Shown piece after piece: positions 1-9,492 of a stretch of 64,000 nt of DNA. Every line of letters starts with the position of its first letter. Position 1 is the stretch's first letter. The translations under genes and the position numbers were made by a program. The DNA is from Acidimicrobiales bacterium (GTDB taxonomy: Bacteria; Actinomycetota; Acidimicrobiia; Acidimicrobiales; GCA-2861595): positions 544,432 through 608,431 of the forward strand of contig JAUJNQ010000001.1 of the NCBI GenBank assembly GCA_030448025.1, written 5' to 3'. The notes under the pieces are model-generated. The model did not search any database. It saw only the letters and a program-made list of their open reading frames with translations, and had not been told where the DNA came from.

Positions 1-57
1 ACCCACGGGCAATCCAAATCCCAGCTCAGAGGGCCGTTTTACGGATTTCCGCAAGGG

Positions 58-428
<371 letters not shown>

Positions 429-619
429 GTCGATTCTGCCACGTCCCGACGGGAAGGTGAGCAAGAGCCGAGCCAACTTCTTCGACGACGACGAATCGAA
501 CTCCCGCGAGCCCAGGCTGAACACATTGAGGGAGAGGTCAGACGGGTGGTCGACGTTTTCATCCCCCACGTGGCGACGTCAACCAACGTCCCCGCTGGAC
601 TACCCGCGCAGCCCGGGGC

Positions 620-1009
620 TTGGCCGTGGCCCTGGCCGGTTTGCTGCTGGCGCCCTTGCCTACGGCGGCACAATCACGGTCAGAGGCCGTACCCCGGGGG
701 TGGACCTCACACCGCGGCGTCGGCCACGTTGACCAGGTGGCCAACGACGTCAAGGGTCGAAGGGGGTGGTGCGTGTCGACGGCTACACCGATGCCGTGGC
801 TGGCGACACCTACAACCTCGACCTGTCCGGGCGGGCGGCCTCGGTCCAGGCCGCGCTGCAAACCTCTGCTGGCTGGCGCTCCTGTCACCCTGAAGGTGAC
901 CGGCCACCGCGAAGCCGATCCGGTTGCCGCCAACGCCAAGCCCGACGGTGCCCATACCCCTGGGCCGGGCCAAGAACCGGCGGTGACCATTGGTTCCGAG
1001 AAGCGCTGA
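620..1009 (+). pseudogene. OmpA/MotB C-terminal-domain remnant, frame-broken
   Basis: Frame 1 (766-870) reads VRVDGYTDAVAGDTYNLDLSGRAASVQAAL, the OmpA_C core pattern (GxTDxxGxxxYNxxLSxxRAxxV). The signal-like start MAVALAGLLLAPLPTAAQS and the continuation LLAGAPVTLKVTGHREADPVAANA...AVTI are in frame 2. That implies at least two frame breaks (about 760 and 870). Confidence 0.35.
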
Positions 1010-1092
1010 GCCCGTGTTATCCCCTCCTGTGGACGGGCCTGGGGACGAATGACACTCTTGTAATTGTCACACCCCCCTGGCAACCTGGAACG

Positions 1093-2118
1093 GTGACCTC
1101 GCCGGCCAGCACCCTCGAGACGCCGTCGCTGGAAGCGGCGTCCCTGGAGACTGCGGCAGAGCGCCTGGCGTCCCTGCTCACCGGTACGGGGACGGGCCTG
1201 TCCGATCCCACGCTGTCCTCGCTCGCCTTCGAGGACCAGATCGTTCCCCGGGCGCTGGCCCGCCTCGACCCGCCGGCGGACGTGTGGGCCGTCGACGGTG
1301 GCCAGGGAACAGTGGCCGACGCCCGCAGCGTGGCGCTCCTCATCACCCGAGCCGCCCGCGTACGGGTCCGAGCCGGGTCCTGCGTGCTGGAGGAGGAGGG
1401 CGACCTGCGAGCCCACCTCCTGGGGGGCGCCGAGGAGCGCGTAGCCGCGCTCGTGGGGCTGGGCCTCGAGGGAGTGGGTCCCGACACGTCGGTCGACGTC
1501 AACCTCTTGCGTGACCGCTGGGAGTGGGACGCGGTGGAGCGCAGTGTGGAGCAGGCCGATCCCGGGGCCGTGGTGCTCGTCGACGGTGACCTGCAGCCCG
1601 ACTGGCGCATCCCCTCTGCCTTCCTCGCCTCGTTGCTGGCACGGGCGCGCCAGCGGGGCGTGCTGGTGGCCGGCGTCACCAAGCACTCCTCCCTGTCCCG
1701 GGGCGGGGCACCGCTGGTGGGCCAGCTGGAGATGGAGGCGGCCGACACCTTTGGTCCCCGGGCCCGCTGGTGGGCCCCCGTGGCTCGCAGCCGGGCCACT
1801 GAGCGACCCGACGTGGCCGGCCTCCAGGTGGTGGTCGCCCGGTTGGACCCCGATGCCCGCTTCGCTTTCCGCATCGACCTGCCCGCCGACGCAGACGCCG
1901 AGGAAGCCCTCGGTCGGGTGGCGGCGATCAGCGACGACGCCGCCTTCCCCGGCTACCCCTATGCCCTGAGCGTGGCTGATCGCCTGGCCGCGTGCCCCCG
2001 CTGGGTGCGCCAGGAGACGTGGCTCCAGCTCGACGACCTGCTCCAGCAGGCCGGCGTGGCGCCCGAAGTGCGGGAGCGGGCCTTCGCCGACCGCCACTCG
2101 CTGATGGAGAGGAGCTGA
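1093..2118 (+). CDS. nurA: NurA-family 5'-3' nuclease
   Basis: This is the C-terminal 340 aa of ORF 766..2118. NurA-like motifs are AVDGGQ, VLVDGDL, GVTKHSSL and GYPYALSVADRLA. The stop lies 4 nt before herA. The start is uncertain (GTG 1093 chosen); the upstream part of the ORF belongs to the OmpA-like remnant. Confidence 0.7.
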   Translation: MTSPASTLETPSLEAASLETAAERLASLLTGTGTGLSDPTLSSLAFEDQIVPRALARLDPPADVWAVDGGQGTVADARSVALLITRAARVRVRAGSCVLEEEGDLRAHLLGGAEERVAALVGLGLEGVGPDTSVDVNLLRDRWEWDAVERSVEQADPGAVVLVDGDLQPDWRIPSAFLASLLARARQRGVLVAGVTKHSSLSRGGAPLVGQLEMEAADTFGPRARWWAPVARSRATERPDVAGLQVVVARLDPDARFAFRIDLPADADAEEALGRVAAISDDAAFPGYPYALSVADRLAACPRWVRQETWLQLDDLLQQAGVAPEVRERAFADRHSLMERS

Positions 2119-2122
2119 GGCC

Positions 2123-3682
2123 ATGAGCCGCGGCCGCCTCTACGGCAAGAACGTGCTCGAAGGCCTCTTCCGGGCCGCGCCCGACGAGGACCTGTTCCTC
2201 GGCGAGCTGCTGGTGGCCGTGGACGAGGGCACCGGCCGGCGCTACCTGTTCCGGGTGGTCGACGTCACCTACGGCAGCGAGCACCGCGAGCCGGGCTGGG
2301 CCGAGCGGGTGGCCGGCACGCTGCTGGCCGACGACGCCCGGGGCGAGGCCGGCGCCCACCCCCTCTACGAGCAGGCTCGTCGCACCTACCGGGTGGCCGA
2401 GTGCCGCTGCCTCGGCTACCTCACGCCCGACGGTCAGCAGTTTCGCAAGCCCAAGAGCCTGCCCACGCAGTTCTCCCGGGTGGTGGCGCCCGAGGCCGCC
2501 GACTTCGAGTTCCTGCGCAGCCGCATGGGCGACCTCGAGGTGGGGCTGCTGCGGAGCGGGGAGACGGTGGTGCCCTTCGCCGTCGGCATCCCCGGCGCCA
2601 GCCTGGCCAGCCATGTGGGCGTCTTCGCCACCACCGGCATGGGCAAGTCCAACCTCATGCTCGTCCTGGCCGGCGAGGCCATGCGCACCCAGGGCCGCTA
2701 CGGCCTGCTGCTCGTCGACCCCCACGGCGAGTACCGCCGCCAGCTCAGCCGCCACCCTTGGGCCGGCGAGGGCCTGCGCACCTACGCCGCCCGCCGCCTG
2801 CCCAACACCTCCACGCTGCGCGTCGGCCTGGCCGAGCTCTCCGTCGATGACCTGCGCACGGCCTACGAGTGGAGCCGGCCCCAGGAAGAGGCCCTCTTCG
2901 AGCTGGAGCGCCACTACGGCGGCGAGGGGCTGTCGTGGTTGCTGGCCTTCTCCCAGATGGACGACCTGGCCGCCTTCCGAGAGATCGAGCTGGGCAACCG
3001 TGTGGCCCTCAACACCCTTCAAGTCGTGCACCGGCGCGCACGGCGCATCGTGGAACTTCCGTGCGTGGCCGCCGACCCCAGCGTGTCGGCCGGGGCGTCG
3101 GTTGTGCGCCACCTCACCGAGGGTCGAGTGGTGCTCATCGACGTGAGCGGCCTGGGCCCCACCGAGGAGGTCCTGGTGGCGTCGTTCCTCACCCGGCGGG
3201 TGCTCGAGCACTGGTCGGCGGCCTACCTCGACGAGCCCGAGCTGCACGAGCGCCTGCCCGTCGTGTCCATCGTGCTCGAAGAAGCCCAGCGGGTGCTCTC
3301 CTCCAGCCGGGACCGGGAGTCCAACGTCTTCCCCCGCCTGGCGCGCGAGGGCCGTAAGTTCAAGGTGGGCCTGTGCGCCGTCACCCAACAGCCCAAGCTG
3401 CTCGACGCCGAGCTGCTCAGCCAGTTCAACACCTTCTTCGTGCTGGGCCTGGCCGACGAGAAGGACCGCACCATCCTGCGCTCCTCGTCCAAGCAGGACC
3501 TGTCGGCCCTCGGACCCGAGATCCAGACCCTCATGCCCGGCGAGTGCCTGGTGGCCAACCTGGAGGCCCCGTTCGCCGTGCCCGCCCGCGTGCACCTCTA
3601 CGACCACGTAGTCCGAACCGTGGCTCCACCGCCTGCCCCTCGCGTCAGCGCCGCCACCAACGTGGCCGCGCTCGTGGAGTAG
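2123..3682 (+). CDS. herA: HerA-family (DUF87) ATPase/helicase
   Basis: 519 aa with Walker A ATTGMGKSN, Walker B-like VVSIVLEEAQ and a C-terminal GRKFKVGLCAVTQQP segment typical of HerA/FtsK-like ATPases. It is tightly linked to nurA. Confidence 0.85.
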   Translation: MSRGRLYGKNVLEGLFRAAPDEDLFLGELLVAVDEGTGRRYLFRVVDVTYGSEHREPGWAERVAGTLLADDARGEAGAHPLYEQARRTYRVAECRCLGYLTPDGQQFRKPKSLPTQFSRVVAPEAADFEFLRSRMGDLEVGLLRSGETVVPFAVGIPGASLASHVGVFATTGMGKSNLMLVLAGEAMRTQGRYGLLLVDPHGEYRRQLSRHPWAGEGLRTYAARRLPNTSTLRVGLAELSVDDLRTAYEWSRPQEEALFELERHYGGEGLSWLLAFSQMDDLAAFREIELGNRVALNTLQVVHRRARRIVELPCVAADPSVSAGASVVRHLTEGRVVLIDVSGLGPTEEVLVASFLTRRVLEHWSAAYLDEPELHERLPVVSIVLEEAQRVLSSSRDRESNVFPRLAREGRKFKVGLCAVTQQPKLLDAELLSQFNTFFVLGLADEKDRTILRSSSKQDLSALGPEIQTLMPGECLVANLEAPFAVPARVHLYDHVVRTVAPPPAPRVSAATNVAALVE

Positions 3683-3782
3683 CGATGTTTCGCCTCGGAA
3701 GGAAACCTTCCTCGGCGAGCTGTTCGGTGCTCCGGCCGACCGGCGAAGCCGGACCGGCCTCCGCGCTCAGGAGGTGCTCCTG

Positions 3783-4895
3783 ATGCGGGTTGCGGCGCTG
3801 GGCGACGCCCACCTCGGGCGGGCCTATTACTCCCACGCCACTGACGGGGTGAACCAGCGCGAGCGCGACTTCGAGGTTTCCTTCGAGGCCGCCGTGGCCC
3901 TGGCCCTCGACCAGGAGCCCGACCTCGTCGTCTGGTTGGGTGATGTGTTCGACCATCCCAGGCCCACCTACCGCTCGTTCTGCGTGGCCCAGCGAGCCCT
4001 GCAGCGCATCCGCGACCACGGCGTACCCCTCGTGGCCATCACCGGCAATCACGACACTCCTCGACTCCCGGGCACCGGCAGCCCCTACACGGCCCTGGCC
4101 GGCGCCTTCCCCGAGATGCACTGGGCCCATCGCCTCTCCTACGAGCGCTTCGAGCTGCCCGGCCTGGTGGTCCACGCCGTGCCCCAGATGCTCACCGTCG
4201 ACGCCACCCTCGAGGCCCTCGACGAGGCCGACCGCGGGCGCGACCTCGACCGGCCGAACCTGCTGCTCACCCATCCCCGGCTGCCCCAGGTCGAGCCTCG
4301 CTACGCCGACATCAACGAGATCGAGGTCGACGCCGGGCGGCTCCGGTCCGACCTCGTGCTCCTCGGCCACTACCACGTCCACACCGCTGTCCGGTCGGGG
4401 GTCTGGTACGCAGGCTCCACCGACTCGTTCTCCTTCGCCGACGATCCCGACCGGGCCAAGGGCGTGGCGGTGCTGGACACCGACACCGGCGAGTGCCACC
4501 ACGTGGCCCTCGAGGGCCAGCGCCCGCTCGTCACCCTGGAGAAGGTCTCCGCCCTCGGCCTCTCGCCGTCCGAGGTCCACGCCCAGGTGATGGAGCGGGT
4601 CGGCGGGGTGCCCGAGGGCGCGGTCGCTCGGCTGTACCTGGACGACGTCGACACCGAGGCGTGGCGCCTGCTGGACCTCGACGCCGTATGGGACGCCGCC
4701 GCCGGCGCGCTGCACCTCAAGCTCGAGCCCCGCTTCGCCGACGTCGCCGCCCATGTGGAGCTCCCCGAGCTCGACTCCATGCCCGGTCGTTGGGAGCGCT
4801 ACCTCGTCGATCAGGACCTGGTGGGCTACGACCGATCCCGGATCAAGGACCTGGGGCTCGAGTACCTGGCCCGGGCCGTGGAAGTAGGAGAGTAA
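3783..4895 (+). CDS. mre11: Mre11/SbcD-family nuclease (metallophosphoesterase)
   Basis: Phosphoesterase motifs GDAHLG, GDVFDH, GNHD, LLLTHP and GHYH are present. AGGAGG lies 9 nt upstream of ATG 3783. Confidence 0.85.
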   Translation: MRVAALGDAHLGRAYYSHATDGVNQRERDFEVSFEAAVALALDQEPDLVVWLGDVFDHPRPTYRSFCVAQRALQRIRDHGVPLVAITGNHDTPRLPGTGSPYTALAGAFPEMHWAHRLSYERFELPGLVVHAVPQMLTVDATLEALDEADRGRDLDRPNLLLTHPRLPQVEPRYADINEIEVDAGRLRSDLVLLGHYHVHTAVRSGVWYAGSTDSFSFADDPDRAKGVAVLDTDTGECHHVALEGQRPLVTLEKVSALGLSPSEVHAQVMERVGGVPEGAVARLYLDDVDTEAWRLLDLDAVWDAAAGALHLKLEPRFADVAAHVELPELDSMPGRWERYLVDQDLVGYDRSRIKDLGLEYLARAVEVGE

Positions 4896-4905
4896 GGCAG
4901 AGCCT

Positions 4906-7182
4906 GTGCGCATCACCCGGCTCTACCTTCGGAACTACCGGGTCTACGAGGACGAGCTGGACCTGGAGCTGCCCCCGGGGCTGGTGGGCATCTACGGGCC
5001 CAACGGAGCGGGGAAGAGCCTCCTCATCGAGGCCATCCTCTGGAGCCTCTACGGCTACTCCCGCACTGCCAAGGAGCAGGTGCGAACCGCCGACGTGGGT
5101 GGCGAGTGCGTCACCGAGGTGGAGTTCGAGCACGAGGGCCATCTCTACCTGGTGCGGCGCACGCTGTCGGGAATCAATTCCACCATCAGGGCCCAGGCCG
5201 AGGCCGACGGGGCCCAGGTGGCCGAGGGCATCCAGTCGGTGCGCCAGTACGTGCACTCCGTGCTGGGCATGGACGCCCAGGCGTTCCGCGCCTCTGTCTT
5301 CGCCGAGCAGAAGCAGCTGGCCGCCTTCTCCCAGCAGCGTCCGGGCGAGCGACGGGACCTGGTGTTGCGCTTGCTCGGCATCACGCCCCTCGACAAGGCC
5401 CGGGACGCGGTTCGCCATGACGCCCGCTCGGCCAACGAGGCGTTCCAGCAGGCGCGCCGGGTGCTTCCCGACCTCGACGCCCTCCAGGCCGCGGCCGACG
5501 ACGCCGAGGCCGCGGCCCAAGCCCGGGCTGCGGACGTCAGGGCCGAGGAGGAGGCAGCCACCACCGCCAAGGCGCGCCTGGTCAGCGCCGACGAGCGCTT
5601 CGAGTCGCTCGACGAGCTTCGCCGTGAGCACGATCACCTGGTGGCCGAGGGGAAGGCGGTTCGGGCCGAGCACGACGGCGCCGCCGCCGAGGTCGAGGGC
5701 CTGACCACAGAGCTGGCCGAGCTCGACGTGCTAGTCGGTGGCCTGGCCACCCACCGGGAGGCGGCGGCCGGCCTGGATGCCGCCGAGAGGCGACTGCGCC
5801 TGGTGGAGGACATGGTCGCGGCCGAGCGCGCCCTGCGGGCCATGCCCGTGCCCCATCAGCCTCCCCAGCCGGATGAGATCGGCTGCCAGGCCGCCGGGGA
5901 AGCGGCGCACGCCGATGCCAACCGGCTGGCCGAGGTCAAAGGCCGGCTACGGAGCGCGATCGAGGCCGAGGAGAGGGCCAGCGAAGGGGTGAAGAGCTCG
6001 GCTCGGCTTTCTGGCGAGGGCGCCTGCCCGCTCTGCGGGCAGGCCCTGGGTGAGGCGTTCGAGAAGGTTCAAGCCCACCGGGCCGCCGAGCTCCACCAGG
6101 CTGCAGAGGCGGTGCGGGCCCTCGGCGCCGAACGGGCGGGGCTGGAGCAGATGGCCAGCGCCAGTTCGTCGCGAGCTCGACAGGCGGAGGACGCCCTCGA
6201 GCAGTCAAGGGTGGCCTGGACCGCCTACGAGCGGCTGCGGACCCGCCACCAGGACGCCGAGGAGGCGTTGTCAAAGGCCCGGGCGCTCCTCGGAGGCGCG
6301 GTTTCCGTAGAGGAGGCGGAGGCGCTGGCGGCCGACGTCGCCCGCCGGCGGGAGGCCTCGCGCCAGTGCCAGCGCGTCGAGGGCCGCCTCGAGAGACGGC
6401 CGGTTGCCGAGAAGGCACTCGAGTCAGCTCGCTCGCGCCTCACCCATGCCGCCGGTCGCCTCGACATCTTGCGCCAGAAGCGTCGGTCCCTCGGCTTCCA
6501 GCCAGAGGACGTGGACGTCGCCCGACAGCGTCGGGACGAGGCCCGGGCAGTGGCCGAACGGACGGGGTCCGCCCTCCACCTGGCCCAGGTGTCGGCGGCC
6601 CAGGCCCGGGAGCGGGCGATGGCTGCGGCCGAGACGTTGGAGCGAGGCCGCGTCCAGCACGCCGCCCTCGAGGCCAGCGCCGAGGAGGCTCGTCACCTCG
6701 GGCGCCTCGCCGAGCTGATGGGCGCCTTCCGGAACACGGTGGTGGCCAGTGTGGGGCCCCGGCTGTCCGGCCAGGCCGCCGAGCTGTTCGGCGAGCTCAC
6801 CGACCACGAGTACGACCGCCTCGAGGTGGACCCCGAGACCTACGAGATCCAGATCCGAGATCGGGGCCGCCTCTACGACATGGAGCGGTTCTCCGGGTCG
6901 GAGACCGATCTGGCCAACCTGGCCCTCAGGGTTGCCATCAGCGAACATGTGCGGCTGTTGTCGGGCGGGGCCGTGGGCCTGTTGGTCCTCGACGAGGTTT
7001 TCGGTCCGCTGGACGAGGATCGCAAGGCCAGGATGCTGGGCGCCCTCGAGCGACTCAAGTCCCGTTTCCGCCAGGTGCTGGTGGTGACCCACGACGACAC
7101 GATCAAGGCCGAGCTCCCTCACGCCGTCGAGGTGGTGAAGCTCCCCGGCCGGAGGGCCACCGCCCGCCTGGTTACTGCGTGA
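4906..7182 (+). CDS. rad50: Rad50/SbcC-family SMC-like ATPase
   Basis: 758 aa with Walker A GPNGAGKS, a long Ala/Glu/Arg coiled coil and a central CxxC hook (GACPLCGQ). The C-terminus has signature FSGSETD, Walker B LLVLDEVF and VTHD. Confidence 0.85.
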   Translation: MRITRLYLRNYRVYEDELDLELPPGLVGIYGPNGAGKSLLIEAILWSLYGYSRTAKEQVRTADVGGECVTEVEFEHEGHLYLVRRTLSGINSTIRAQAEADGAQVAEGIQSVRQYVHSVLGMDAQAFRASVFAEQKQLAAFSQQRPGERRDLVLRLLGITPLDKARDAVRHDARSANEAFQQARRVLPDLDALQAAADDAEAAAQARAADVRAEEEAATTAKARLVSADERFESLDELRREHDHLVAEGKAVRAEHDGAAAEVEGLTTELAELDVLVGGLATHREAAAGLDAAERRLRLVEDMVAAERALRAMPVPHQPPQPDEIGCQAAGEAAHADANRLAEVKGRLRSAIEAEERASEGVKSSARLSGEGACPLCGQALGEAFEKVQAHRAAELHQAAEAVRALGAERAGLEQMASASSSRARQAEDALEQSRVAWTAYERLRTRHQDAEEALSKARALLGGAVSVEEAEALAADVARRREASRQCQRVEGRLERRPVAEKALESARSRLTHAAGRLDILRQKRRSLGFQPEDVDVARQRRDEARAVAERTGSALHLAQVSAAQARERAMAAAETLERGRVQHAALEASAEEARHLGRLAELMGAFRNTVVASVGPRLSGQAAELFGELTDHEYDRLEVDPETYEIQIRDRGRLYDMERFSGSETDLANLALRVAISEHVRLLSGGAVGLLVLDEVFGPLDEDRKARMLGALERLKSRFRQVLVVTHDDTIKAELPHAVEVVKLPGRRATARLVTA

Positions 7183-7633
7183 GCTCCTTCGGGCGGCTCT
7201 GTCTCCAGGCCACGTAGGCGCCCACCAGCGCCAGTGAGACGGTGACCTGGAACAGGATGGCCAGGGTGACGACCAGGGGGAAAGACAGGCCTGCGCCCCC
7301 GAGGAGGCGCCGGCCAAGGGTGAAGGCGAGGAAGGCGGCGAAGGCGATGACGGCCGAAGAGGCGGCGTGGCGGTAGGGAGCCGCGGGGCGGCTCTTGGCC
7401 GCCGTGTGGCCCCCGACGGCGAAGGCCACGAAGAGGGCCACCACTGGCACCACCCACAGGCTGCCCTGGTTGCCCTCGGCCTGGCTCCCCACCACGATGC
7501 GCACGAGGACGATAGGCACGGCGGCGATGCCCAGCGTGATGGCAGCACCCACGCCCACCGCCCGACGATCGAGGGGGGTTGCGGTCCCTCCCAACGACCC
7601 CGGCTCGCTCACGACGCCCTTACGCTCGGTCAC
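7172..7633 (-). CDS. Small integral membrane protein (no family recognised)
   Basis: This is the C-terminal 153 aa of the 655-aa ORF, with several hydrophobic helices. Its GTG start overlaps the stop of the upstream exchanger gene (GTGA at 7630-7633). Confidence 0.5.
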   Translation of the reverse strand: MTERKGVVSEPGSLGGTATPLDRRAVGVGAAITLGIAAVPIVLVRIVVGSQAEGNQGSLWVVPVVALFVAFAVGGHTAAKSRPAAPYRHAASSAVIAFAAFLAFTLGRRLLGGAGLSFPLVVTLAILFQVTVSLALVGAYVAWRQSRPKELTQ

Positions 7634-8949
7634 GACTCTTCCTGGAGCCGGCTGTAGGGGGTGCGCAGGCCGTCCCTGACCAGCGCGGAGAGCTGACGTC
7701 GGTTCCTCACTATCAGGCCGGCGGCGGCCACCAGGTAGATGATGCCCGTGATCACCCGGACCGGCCCGTGGATGGACTCGGGGCCCACTGCCCCGGCCAC
7801 GAACTGGAAGAGGAACAAGAACAGCACCACGCCAGCCTCGCGGACGGACATCGACAGGTTGGCGAGGATGGCCACGGCGAAGGCCGACTGGGCCGCGGTC
7901 ACGAACAGCTCTTCCCGCTGCTTGGCGTCGATGGGCAGCCCGTCGAAGGTGCCGGCGGCGATGGCGAAGGCGATGGGGAGGGTGCCCACCAGCAGGGTCC
8001 ACTGGTTCACCTTGGACGACACCAGGGTGCCGAGCCCGGCGTTGGTGTTGAGCCTCCAGGCGTAGAGCCCGGCCACCAGGAGCTCGGGAGCCTCCGACGC
8101 CAGGGGCGCCAGCCACTGGACGAGCAGGAACTCGTCGATTCCGGCGGACTTGCCCGTGCCCACCAGCGCCTCGGCGAACTGCTCGGCGCAGAGCAGGATG
8201 ATGGCGGCGGCCACGACGAAGAGGCCGATGACGCCCGATCTTCGCTTCGGCTTGTCCAGCTCGCCCACCCAGCGGGCCGGTCCGACCAGGTGCGGTTCCT
8301 CGGCGGGGGCTTTGGATATCCGGTACGAGTAGGCGAGGAAGAGGCTCACCAGGAAGGCGGCGTCCACGATACTGATGGAGTTCCGCAGCGGGAGCGTGAG
8401 CGAGTACACGGTGGCGATCCCCAGGAACGCCAGCTCCACCGACCGGGTCCGCTGCAGCACCACCTCTCGGCCGCGCTCGGGCTCTTGGCGCTGGCGCCAT
8501 CTCCACCAGGCGATGAACACCACCATGGTCCAACCGAGGCCGATGAGAAGGCGGTTCGCCCCCGTCATGTTGGCCAGCGCGAGGGAGCACGGCGACTCCC
8601 CACCCTCCGGGGACGGGCAGGCCCGTCCGAACTCCTCGTAGGAGTTGCCTCCCTTGACGGCGAACACCATGTCGACGGCGTACTCGGGCAGCACGGCGAT
8701 GAGGGCCAGAAGCCCGAGGGCCAGGCCCGCCGAGATGTCCACCTGGGCGGCCTCGGCCGCCCACGAGAGGAGGAAGGCGGCCCCGACGATGGCCGCCCCG
8801 AAGATCAGGGCGAGCACGGGGTCGGCCAGGTGGACGTCGAAGAGTCGCAGCGCCACGCCGGGCACAGCGGCTCCGAGGGCCGCCCCGATCAGGATGGGTT
8901 GGCGGCTTCGAGGTACCCTTGATGGCCGTTCCTGGCGCGTCGTGGTCAC
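7630..8949 (-). CDS. CaCA-type cation (Na+/Ca2+ or H+) exchanger membrane protein
   Basis: 439 aa, polytopic. Two alpha-repeat-like segments (AVLPEYAVDM and LASEAPELLVAG) match the pattern of sodium/calcium exchanger family proteins. Confidence 0.7.
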   Translation of the reverse strand: MTTTRQERPSRVPRSRQPILIGAALGAAVPGVALRLFDVHLADPVLALIFGAAIVGAAFLLSWAAEAAQVDISAGLALGLLALIAVLPEYAVDMVFAVKGGNSYEEFGRACPSPEGGESPCSLALANMTGANRLLIGLGWTMVVFIAWWRWRQRQEPERGREVVLQRTRSVELAFLGIATVYSLTLPLRNSISIVDAAFLVSLFLAYSYRISKAPAEEPHLVGPARWVGELDKPKRRSGVIGLFVVAAAIILLCAEQFAEALVGTGKSAGIDEFLLVQWLAPLASEAPELLVAGLYAWRLNTNAGLGTLVSSKVNQWTLLVGTLPIAFAIAAGTFDGLPIDAKQREELFVTAAQSAFAVAILANLSMSVREAGVVLFLFLFQFVAGAVGPESIHGPVRVITGIIYLVAAAGLIVRNRRQLSALVRDGLRTPYSRLQEES

Positions 8950-9108
8950 CTGTGAATCCTAGGGGTTGGCCCTCCGGCGACTCAGGCAGGCCCGATTGGG
9001 TGGGGAGAGGCTTGAAACGTGGCCTCCGTGGGAATGAGTAATGGACTTCCGACGTTGCCTGATAGTTCCAGTCAACTCTCTTGTTTGGTAAAGGACGTGA
9101 GCTACCCG

Positions 9109-9339
9109 ATGAACCTGTCCTGGCGTCAGCGTGCAGCATGCCGCGGCGTCGACCCGGACATCTTCTACCCGGCGTCGGACGAGGACGCAGAGCCGGCCAA
9201 GGCCATCTGCGACCAGTGCGACGTTCGTCAGGCGTGCCTCGAGTTCGCTTTGGCCAACCGGGAGCGGGACGGGATCTGGGGAGGCGCCACCGAGCGTGAG
9301 CGGCGGCGCATCACCCGCCAGCGGCGCAAGTCGGCTTGA
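9109..9339 (+). CDS. whiB: WhiB-family Fe-S transcription factor
   Basis: Four-Cys pattern ACRGVDPDIFYP...CDQCDVRQAC followed by GIWGG and a basic tail. The ORF opens at 9019, so the start could be earlier than ATG 9109. Confidence 0.85.
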   Translation: MNLSWRQRAACRGVDPDIFYPASDEDAEPAKAICDQCDVRQACLEFALANRERDGIWGGATERERRRITRQRRKSA

Positions 9340-9378
9340 TCGCCCTCGGCGCGGAGCGCCTCGGGCGAACCTGACGGA

Positions 9379-9414
9379 ATGCCGGGCGAGCGGCGGAGCC
9401 GCCTCGCCCGGCAT
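9379..9414 (+). terminator. Strong GC hairpin downstream of whiB
   Basis: ATGCCGGGCGAGCGGC-GGA-GCCGC(C)CTCGCCCGGCAT forms a 16-bp stem with one bulge, followed by a weakly T-containing tract (GCTCATCGCTTTGTG). Confidence 0.55.
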
Positions 9415-9492
9415 GCTCATCGCTTTGTGCGGCAGCCGGAAAGGCCGCCTTTGGCGGCGTGAGCGGCCGCCGTCGGCGATAGCGTCCTCCCT

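Noticed and set aside
559-3607. Long minus-strand ORFs (559..2124, 521 aa; 1928..3607, 559 aa) antisense to nurA/herA
   Set aside because: Their translations are Gly/Arg/Pro/His-rich with no motifs. They mirror well-supported plus-strand genes, as expected for shadow ORFs in a high-GC genome.
7634-9139. N-terminal 500 aa of the 655-aa ORF 7172..9139
   Set aside because: The composition is Arg/Gly/Pro-rich, and it overlaps the convincing CaCA exchanger gene in another frame. Only the last 153 codons (the membrane protein) look real.
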